Shown piece by piece: positions 22,951 through 32,636 of a stretch of 32,636 nucleotides of DNA. Source of the DNA: Selaginella moellendorffii (taxonomy: Eukaryota > Plantae > Lycopodiophyta). Numbering within the stretch: position 1 is the stretch's first letter; each line of letters starts with the position of its first letter. The stretch is taken from positions 100,819 to 133,454 of the forward strand of contig NW_003314310.1 of assembly GCF_000143415.4 (NCBI RefSeq). The letters run 5' to 3'. The notes beneath the pieces were generated by a model. It did no database searches. It was not told where the DNA came from and worked only from the letters and a program-made list of their open reading frames with translations. The translations under genes were made by a program, and so were the position numbers.

Positions 22951-25900
22951 TGCTCCCCCTTAGGGAAGATCGACGTCTTCGTCGATGCATATTCGAGTCT
23001 AGAATACCACCAAGGAAAAAACTCTAAAAAAAGTTCACAATATTCACACTATGCGAGATAATAAGGAAATAACATCCCAACCTATCACAACTAACTCGAG
23101 CAATAATCAACAGAACAAAATGAATGCGGTAAGATCAACAAACACCTATTCATGTCAACTATCACAGAAGCTAATCTGAATAGATCCCAGTCAATAATAC
23201 CAAGGAACCAGAGTTGCTCAAGCAAGTGTCAACAACATCCTATTGATGTCTCTAACCCAAGAGACCAATCCAAAGCAGACCACAAAAAACATGTGGTATT
23301 TCGAAAAGCCAAAATCTGTCAATTAATACAACTAACTATTATGAAAGATCATCAATCATCCTATCAATGAAGAGATGCATAATCATCGTCGAAGAAAGAA
23401 TCTACTATCCCGAAGAATAGCAAGTCATTCTATACTAACAATAATTAAGCAAAACCTTTGACAAGGATAATCAATTATCTTAGATGATAGTAAATCATCA
23501 CCAATGATTGCTAAATGCAAAAACCAACTTCAACATCGAAGCTAATGAGTTAAAAATGCCTTCCCCAACAACTTCTAACAAATGAAACAATGAACATAAA
23601 AACTTAAGGACCAAAAGCTCGAAAAAGTTTATAGCTAATAACAATGATCACAAGCTTCACATCAACTAACTTTAATGCTAAAGAAGAGTTCATGGTATAA
23701 CCCACAATATCCTCCTCAACACATCCAGAAACTAAACTTCATAATGCAAAGTTAATGAAGAGCATTTCTGTATCAATCCAAAAGCTTAGCATAACAAAAT
23801 TATGCTCAACAAGTGATCACTAAATGATCCTCCATGAATTCATCTATAGCCAGACGTAACTCATTTCATAACAAACATAAGAAGAATCATCAATGATCGA
23901 TATATTCCAACTCAAATCCAACAAGGATTCAAACATTTTAACATCGATTATTAACTCTTCCCCTCGTAAAGCTAGTATAATCCATGACTGAATCACTTTT
24001 CAAGGAAAAGCCAAAGCTTAACCCTTATTAAATAATCTCGTCTAGAAAACAGCTAATTTAAACTTGCTACTCAGCTCGTTTGAACGTCAATACAGTTGTT
24101 AACTAATAAATGCATGAATGCCAATAACACAAAGCCATAACCAATCATCAACACTATTCTCATCGAGACTAATGAAACTGAATATCAATCCTATAGAAAG
24201 ACATTTAATTTCACTCAAATTTCAATATCAACAACATCAATGACAAGGCATAACTTCTATGCCATCAACACCATAATAAAGCTAGAAGAAAGCAAGAGTG
24301 AATCACCACTCAAAGTTCTCTAGCAACCAAGCTAACCAAAATCAAAGATACTATACTTAGTATCCGAGACTAATCCTTCAACATTACTCAAGTACAGATA
24401 ACACATTATCAAGGAGTGATTCACCACATCCAAGACTCAATGAAATCTAACACTACGGACTAAACGCAACCAAATGATATGGACAAAGGTAGAGTCGACA
24501 TACCAACATGGAGAACCCATGTAAGTCTAATGACACAATCCTCTGCAACACTACCTGGTAAAGCAAACCCATCATTGCTTAATCATCATTGAGTGAAGCA
24601 AGTGTCATAGTCCTCGACGAAGTCTACAAGCAATTACTAGTTGCAAATCAACCAACAATCACTCTTCAACTTGCCTTCACAAGACCCAACACTAAACTCA
24701 TGTCATCAAGTCATTTACTTTGGCCAACATGAACATAATACCCCAGGTATGAGATAAAGGTTCATGGACAAGCACAAACTAAATGACCACTCGAATCTAA
24801 CTCAACCATAATAAGCTCACCAATGCGTTTAGCCAACAGCTCTGAGCATGCCTTTTTAAAGAGGCTAGCTATGCATGATCAACACTCAGTCGAAACTAAA
24901 GTGAAAACCATGAGATGAACTCATATCGGTACACAACCTCCTCATAGACAAAGTTAAAGTACGGGTACTAACATCTCAACCTGAAACAACTAAGTTGGAC
25001 ATCACCATCCTCAACCAAGGCTCAGGGCCACTAAGACTAAGTCAAGATCAATGAGAGCTCACTACTCTCATAGAGTCTTAACGAAATGCAAAGTGCAACC
25101 TGCCATCGAGCATAACACTACAGAAGAAAGGCATAAGGGTCACCCTTCTTAGAAAAGTGCAACGGCCACTTTTCTACACTAACTCCAGACTCTATCCAAC
25201 TCAATTGCCTTAGCCCCAAAAGTCAGTCCCTTTCGGGTCATATCATACAAATTACCTACTAAGGTGTAAGCCAACTGAAATCAACTTCAACCTTTTCACT
25301 AGTTTGTATTGGCTGTAAAAAACGAAATGGTTTTCGAGCAAAGTGACTGACAGATCAACCATTGGAAAAGTCTAAGAAAATTTGTGAAAGAATTTCCATC
25401 CTAAAGAAGGAATAACTCTCAGTCCAGGAATACAAACTTAAGACCCATAATATGCTTAAGCCTCGAACATCTCTGCCCATATTTCCGACTTCCAACACCG
25501 ACATCCGCAAAATGCAAAATGAACATCCAAGGCTTGATCACAAAGACCACATCTTTGGATATCCATATTGCATTAACACTCTTTTTTAATCACCTTCAAG
25601 ATTCAATGTGAAGCCAAAACACATGGAAAATCAAGGTCTAAGGAAAATCCTCATCACTTGAAATAACAATGCCACTTCCACTAACACAAATGCTAGTGAT
25701 GTCAATGCCTCAATTACACATCTTCTCCATCCAACAATCTACTCCAAGTGCTAATGGATCAATCGACAAGCTATAGCAAATGAATGCTATAACCCTTTCC
25801 CAACACCTCAATGGGCAAACACTCAAGGAAACAAGAAACCAGTTTAAGTTTAGCATAATGGACCATCATCAAGAATCAAGTCAAAGCTACTTCAATACTA

Positions 25901-27092
25901 CTACTTGCAAGTAGACTATCTTCACCATCAACCACTTTGGGGTTGATCATCGTTTAACCAAGCAACTTCATAACACATTACTCACAATCACATAAATATG
26001 ATATAAGTATCACAATGACTTGATCATCAATTAAGCACCACAAGTAATGCCAATGTCATTACTTCAAAGGTTTATGTGAATATCAAGTGTTAACTCAATT
26101 CGATAAAATGCAACATAAATGCCACACTCCACTGATAGAGATTTACAACACTTAACACCACTAACTTTTGTTCACAACACAGACAAACTCATGCCACTCT
26201 CTTTCTGACCAAACTCAAAAGTAATCCAACACTAAGCTACTCAAGGAGCAATAACAAGGTTCGCCAGAAAGAATTGAGCATTGCAACCCAAGTTTTCCAA
26301 TAGTAAGCCTAGACAAAATGGTTTAGCGCTTCAATGCTATCCATCCCATAACTCACCATTTGTAAGACCATCATTTCCAACATGCATCAAGGTAGGGACT
26401 CTTGATTGCATATTGTGAACACGAGCAATGAGTCACATCTCGTTGCAAATTATATCTTCAAGGAGAGAAAATGATTTACGTGTTTGATCCTCCGTCCCTG
26501 ACGACTCTCTTTTCGGTCTCATCTTTGACTAAACCTCAACCTTGTTTTCGCACTACCTTCAGTCCAATCCAAGAAAAGTTTATGAGAGAGCATGGCAATG
26601 ATTACTTGAATCAATAGACTAATCCCTACAGTCTTGATTGATTCACTTGTAATCATGCCTAGGAAGGGTCCACTAGTGCCGTGCTAAATAGCTATGGACT
26701 AGCCTATTTGCCACTCATAGCAAACCCAAGGAAGGTTTACATTCATCCATGGTATATAGAACAACTTATAGAACCACTAGAACAACTCATGGAACCACTA
26801 ATAGGCTAACATTAATCCTGCTAACTCAAAGTGTAACCTCGAGTTGCTAATATGCCTCACTCACGAGCCCAAGTGAAAACTCGTATAAACGGAACAACTC
26901 AATCCATCTTATGAGCCCAAGAGCAAGCTCACATTATTACGGTACAAAAAGATAACCAAAATCCATACCCAAGGAACCAATGCAAAATCTTTGCACCCAA
27001 ATGTGTACCCACTCGAATTATCGTTTTCATCTCTACGTATTCAACGAGACTAGTTGCCCAATCTCATTGGATAGCACTCGCTGAGATTCATC

Positions 27093-27103
27093 CTCTGATA
27101 CCA
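27093..27103 (-). promoter_or_regulatory. PBS (tRNA-iMet) of the outer element
   Basis: CTCTGATACCA on the + strand, 2 nt from the LTR. Confidence 0.93.
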
Positions 27104-27105
27104 AA

Positions 27106-28813
27106 TGTAGCACACATGGTTTTTACCCTTTATCCTATGGTGATTTACCATAGGATAACACCACGAAGCGGAACCTAAACCCTCCATGTGCCATGTGTCA
27201 TATGCCACGTGTCCATAGGACAGTGGTGTGGAACTCGAGGTTAAGGGCCTTGGGCCACTGAACAAAGGAACGGTGCCAAACTCCCAAGCATGGAGCCAAG
27301 GGGTGATGGAACTAGTTCACGGAGTAACTCCCGAGCATACAGCCCAAGGAGCGAAGGAACAGGAGCCCAGAGCAACTTGGAACAGTCCTAGAGCAATTAG
27401 CATCCCATTGCCAGGACCAGCACGCAAAATGGAGCCAAATAGAGTCTGGCGCTATTTTGGTATATTGGTGGCCTAACGCAAGGATATGGGTACTCCACCA
27501 GCTAGCATGGAATCGAACTTGGGCTTAGACCCAAGCCAGACGCAATACATAGTATACGGCACGCAAGCAGAAGCTAACTATGCCTCAGTTNNNNNNNNNN
27601 NNNNNNNNNNNNNNNNNNNNNNNNNNNNNNNNNNNNNNNNNNNNNNNNNNNNNNNNNNNNNNNNNNNNNNNNNNNNNNNNNNNNNNNNNNNNNNNNNNNN
27701 NNNNNNNNNNNNNNNNNNNNNNNNNNNNNNNNNNNNNNNNNNNNNNNNNNNNNNNNNNNNNNNNNNNNNNNNNNNNNNNNNNNNNNNNNNNNNNNNNNNN
27801 NNNNNNNNNNNNNNNNNNNNNNNNNNNNNNNNNNNNNNNNNNNNNNNNNNNNNNNNNNNNNNNNNNNNNNNNNNNNNNNNNNNNNNNNNNNNNNNNNNNN
27901 NNNNNNNNNNNNNNNNNNNNNNNNNNNNNNNNNNNNNNNNNNNNNNNNNNNNNNNNNNNNNNNNNNNNNNNNNNNNNNNNNNNNNNNNNNNNNNNNNNNN
28001 NNNNNNNNNNNNNNNNNNNNNNNNNNNNNNNNNNNNNNNNNNNNNNNNNNNNNNNNNNNNNNNNNNNNNNNNNNNNNNNNNNNNNNNNNNNNNNNNNNNN
28101 NNNNNNNNNNNNNNNNNNNNNNNNNNNNNNNNNNNNNNNNNNNNNNNNNNNNNNNNNNNNNNNNNNNNNNNNNNNNNNNNNNNNNNNNNNNNNNNNNNNN
28201 NNNNNNNNNNNNNNNNCCCCCCCCCCCCCCCCCCCCTTCAGGAACACATACTTTGGGCTTTCACCCCAAGCCTCCCTTAGTATCAGGAGTTAGTCTCTGG
28301 GATAAGCTTGAAACTTACTAAATATGGAATGGTGCTAGATTGTAAATTTGGACATGAGACGAACACCATTGTGTCCAGGCGAATCTTTACATTCCGTAGA
28401 TATGCCAAATGAGCAAATCTAGACACTTTCCATAATTAGCATTTGGGACCAAATTGAGACTAACACAAAGGGCATGATAGCGAGGGTGTTTGGCACACAT
28501 GGTAAGCTATCATCTAGCGATATTGAGGGACCAAGCTCAATATCATGGGGGTTTTTGATACTAGCAAGTGCAAGCCAATGACACAAGTTTCTTAAACCAG
28601 GCCGATTATGCTCAACAAGAAACATATAGGATTCCTATCTTATGTTTATCCAATTTAAGTACATGTTTATTGACCAGTTTCTCAACTAGCCCAAGTGGGA
28701 ACTGATAACAAGTCCAACAATACCAACCTCCTGCTATCGTGGCAGTAAGGAAAGAATATCTGAAAGGACTAATCGACAGGTAACTTTTAGTACCCGAAGT
28801 CACATTCGCGACA
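27106..28813 (-). repeat. Outer 5' LTR (spans the N gap 27591-28216)
   Basis: TGTAGC...TTCGCGACA; TSD AATGT follows. Confidence 0.92.
27591..28216. other. Assembly gap (626 N) abutting a poly-C tract
   Basis: Run of N. Confidence 1.
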
Positions 28814-30570
28814 AATGTTAGTACAATATAGATATCCAAAAATATGGTCTTTGTGATCGGGTTTTGGGTATATATTTGCATTTTACAAATGTCGAGGTTG
28901 GATGTTGAAAATATGGGCACAATGTTCGATGCTTAGACATACTGTTGGGTCATGAGAATTTGTGGTAAACCTATATAAAGTTGTAGGTAGGAAGAAGTTG
29001 GTTGAGTCTTGAGAATTTATATTCCTAGACTGAGAATCATTCTTTCTCTAGAATGAAAATTTTCCATAAATTTTTTAAAGTTTTTCCAATGGTCAATTTG
29101 TAAATCACTTTGAAAACCATTCAATTTTTATAAGCCAATATAAACTAGTGAAAGGGGTTGAGTTCATTTCAGTTAACTTAAACCTCAATATGTAATTTGT
29201 ATAATGTGGCCCGAAAGGGATATTGACTTCTTGGGGTTAAGGAAATTATATTGGATAAAGTCTAAAAATGGTGTAGAAAGTGGCCATTGTGCTTTTCTAG
29301 AAAGATGACCCTTATGCCTTTTTTTTGTAGCATTATACTTGATGGCAAGTTGCACTTTACATTTTGTTTAAACTATATGAGAGTAGTGAACTTTCACTGA
29401 TCTTGATTTAGTCTTGGTGGCTCTGTGCCTTGGTTGAGGATAGTGATATTCAATTTAATTGTTTAAAGTTGAAAAGTTAGTACCTATATTATAGCTCTGT
29501 CTATGAGGAAGTTGTATATCAATATGAGTCCATTTCATTATCTTCACTTTAAATTTGACTAAGTGTGATCATGTATAGCTAGCCTCTTCAAGGCATGCTC
29601 AAAGCTATTGGCTAAACGTGTTGGTGAGTTTATTGTTGTACAATTGGATTTGAGTAGTCATTTAGTTTATCTTTGTCCATATTTCTATATTTCATACCTG
29701 GGGTATTATGTTCATGTTGGACAAGTATATAACTCAATGGTATGAGTTTAGTGTTAGGTCTTATGAAAGGCAAGTTGAAGAGTGATTATTGGTTGCTTTG
29801 CAATTAGTGATTGCTTATAGACTTCATCAAGAACTATTGATACTTGCTTTACTCAATGATGATTTAGCAATGATAAACTTGCTTTACCAGATGATGTTTC
29901 GGAGGATCGTGTTGTTAAACTTACATGGTTTTTCCATGTTAACATATTGACTCTACCTCTATTTATATCATTTGGTTGTATTTAGTCTGTGGTGTTGGAT
30001 TTTATTAAGTCTTAGACATGGTGAATCACTCCTTGATGATGTATTATTTGGAATTGAGTATTGTTGAAGGATTGATCTAAGATACTGACTAAGGTACCTT
30101 TGACTTTGGTTAACTTGGTTGCTATAGAGTTTCGAGTGGTGACTCACTTTTGCTTTCTTCTAGCTTTTCCTGGTGTTCATAGCATTGAAGTGATACCCTA
30201 TGTTGATATTATTGATATTAAGATTTAAGTGAAATGAGATATCTCTCCGAAGATTGATCTTACATTTTATTAATCTCAATGTAGATAGTGTTGATGGTTT
30301 GGCTATAGCTTTGTGTTTTTGGCATTCATACAATTGCTAGTTAGCAATTATATTGACGTTCAAATAAACTAAGTGGCAAATTTAAGTTCAAGACGAGATT
30401 ATTTAGTAGGGGTTGAGCTTTAGCTTTTCCTTGAAAAGTGATTCAATCTTGGACTATGATAACTTTATAAAAGGAAAAGTTAGTGATCAATATTGGAGAT
30501 GTTGGTTTGTTGTTGGATTTGAGTTGAGGATATATTGATCATTGATAATTTTTTCTATGCCTGTTATGAA

Positions 30571-32636
30571 GGTGTCCAGCCATCTCATCCACGATCACAT
30601 CGATAAATGGAGTCGGAAAGTGATCTTTCGTAGTTGCCTTGTTCAAGTCTCGAAAGTCAATGCAAAGGCAGAGTTTTCCATTTGCCTTACATGCAGGAAT
30701 GAGATTGGCCACCCACTCTGAGCTCTCCAAAGGGTAAATAAAGCCGGTGGCCAGAAGTCCAACTTCATCTTTGAGTGAGCTGTCGGGCTGAAATGCCACA
30801 TCTTTTGACAGATTGGTTTGGCTGACTCTGAAAGCACAATACTATGCATGATTGTCTCCATAGGAATTCCTAAAAGTTGGTTGTAGTCCCAAGCAAACAC
30901 ATCCTTGAAACAGTGAAGGAGATCCAAGAGCTTTGCTGCGTTTGTTGAAGCAAGTGATGTGGCAATAAAGACCGTGTCCTTGTCATCACCTAGGAAAACA
31001 GTGTGAACCCTGGAGTCTGAGGAAACCTTGGGCTCAGGGGGCTTATCTATCTTAGATTCCTTCCTGACCTTGGAAACCAAAGAGTAGGGAGTGCCTTTTG
31101 CCTCTCGCATCATGGTGATTGCTTGATGTGATAACCTATCTGCCCAAAAAATTTCTTCACAAGGGACACTTTGAAAAGTCACCTGAGAGAACTCATCCTT
31201 CAAGTTGACCGCCTATTGCCATAGCTCTTTTAGGTTCTCTTTGCGGACTTGGTATTCTCCAGTAAGTTGGCGTATGATGAGTTGTGCATCTCCAACGAAA
31301 GTGACTCGCCTAAACTTGAGGTTTGTGGCCAACTTCATGGCACTGATAGCCACCAAGTACTCTACTTCATTAGCTGATGTTGCTGGCAAAGTGATAGAGA
31401 GGTTGGCTACTTTGTTCTCCACAGAATCAACCATCCAAACTCCAATGCCGGAAACCTGGTTTTTGGGCAGAAAGCACCGTCAAAATAAGTTGTAATCATA
31501 GAGTGTCCTCTTCTTCAAATAAAGATGCTAGGGACACCACATCTAGCAAGACCGTATCTAGCAAGTCAGGCAAGAACATTGCTATTGGATCTGGAGTCTT
31601 TATTTGTTGTTCTCTTTTCTTCTGATGCTCTAAGCGCTCAATTTCCAATGCAAGGACTGTGGCCAAGTACTCTACAAGTGAAGGAAGATCCTCCACCGAA
31701 GTCAAGTCCAAGTCTGGTGCTAAATTTTCACTATAATACACTTGGATCTATACTGGGAGCTCCACGGTAGGAAATTTTTATTTCAAAGAGCTAGAACTCG
31801 CATGCAGCACGTCCAATTGGCTTGATTCTTTCTGCCAATTGTGTGTCTGGATGTCATCTTTCGTCTCCAAGAAATAGCATGACAAAATACGCTCGGAGTT
31901 GTTAGCTACCGCGATTTTAGTAGAAAGATGTTGGCTGTGTGACACCGCAGATAGTTGCTAAGGAGAATTGAGTTGAGTTGTGTCCTGTGAAAAATGGGCC
32001 TGGTTTGGAGTGATTGTGTCATCAAGCTCCATAAGAGAGAGTTGGTCCCATGCAAGAAACGAATCGAGGAGCCCTTCCTCTATCGAGAAACACTCCAAAA
32101 AGCTAGATATAGGAGCCCGTGCACTATAAGCCCCGCCATCAAATAAAGAGGGCGTGGCGAGAGGCTCGGCCTTACTCTCAAATAAAGAGAGTGAAGCTGA
32201 GAGATGTCTCGGGCTATCTGACTCACCTCCAACCATATCAATCACATTGTATGAGAAAGCACCCGTCATATAGATGGTCGACTCCACCGCCAACTCAGGA
32301 AAAACCTCTGTGAGCTCAGGAGGGAAGTGTGGTGTGGAGGCCATCTTAGTCTGAGCCTGCTAGGCTTGTTGAGAAAGAGTTCTACCGTGGTTGTTGAGAA
32401 AGGTGGCGCTATGGGTTGCATCGCTAATTTCCATCTTGCCTTGTGCGCTGTCAATGGTGCAATGGGCTGTGACTTGCCAGGAGCGGCCAAGGATGATAAA
32501 GTCCTTCAATGAGGATGTTCCAAGATGTTGGTAGTCAACCACAAGGAAATCTACCTCAGAAATAACACCTTGCACTGAGACCTTGACACCACAGCAAATG
32601 CCCGCTAGAGGAACGGTGTGGTTGGTGAAGGTCTTA
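30571..32636 (-). mobile_element. Tat-type (non-chromovirus) Ty3/Gypsy pol fragment: protease, linker, archaeal-like RNase H, RT N-terminus
   Basis: VDFLVV...FIILGRSW (32360-32636); YFDGA...NEVEY...GDAQLIIRQLTGEY...ADRLS (~31120-31500); FKDVFAWDY, SEWVANLIP, LCLCIDFRDLNKATTKDHFPTPFID...MAGH (30571-30920). Frameshifts and stops are present. Confidence 0.92.
31120..31500 (-). pseudogene. Archaeal-like RNase HI (aRH) domain
   Basis: All four acidic catalytic positions are recognisable (YFDGA, NEVEY, VGDAQ, WADRL) across frameshifts. Confidence 0.88.

Larger units (their letters stand above)
12664..28813 (-). mobile_element. Outer LARD-like LTR element (two LTRs, no recognisable ORFs)
   Basis: TSD AATGT at 12659-12663 and 28814-28818; 5' LTR 27106-28813 (contains a gap); iMet PBS at 27093-27103; PPT at 22953-22961; 3' LTR split into 12664-13184 and 22757-22950. 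Confidence 0.93.
11263..30570 (+). mobile_element. Oldest (host) copy of the non-coding LARD-like family, truncated; present as 11263-12663 and 28819-30570
   Basis: 11263-11365 matches the LTR start (cf. 19074 onward). 11378-12663 and 28819-30570 are the continuous reverse complement of the inner element's internal region (21291 down to 17152). It is split by the outer element at TSD AATGT. The PBS and 3' LTR are missing. Confidence 0.88.

Overview
Eukaryotic, almost certainly land-plant, repeat-dense DNA with two assembly gaps (756-1179, 27591-28216) and no intact host gene. It is a nest of decayed Ty3/Gypsy-type LTR elements whose boundaries can be read from LTR pairs, PBS/PPT and 5-bp target-site duplications (TSDs). 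(i) There are three copies of one short-LTR chromovirus-like Gypsy family: 1-3160 (-), 3418-4722 (-) and a two-LTR, internally deleted copy at 5362-9018 (+, TSD CTAAT). (ii) A 688-bp TRIM (7894-8581, -) sits in the integrase GPY/F motif of that last copy. It has no canonical PBS and carries a sense tRNA T-arm/Pol III B-box motif there instead. (iii) A non-coding, LARD-like family with ~1.15-kb LTRs is nested four layers deep in itself: host 11263-30570 (+), outer 12664-28813 (-, TSD AATGT), inner 13185-22751 (-, TSD GCAAG) and solo LTR 19074-20221 (+, TSD ACTAC). A solo LTR of a related family lies at 15067-16214 (TSD GAAAC). (iv) A Tat-type pol fragment at 30571-32636 (-) has the order protease - archaeal-like RNase H - RT. 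All alignments and difference counts were made by eye; no database search was run.
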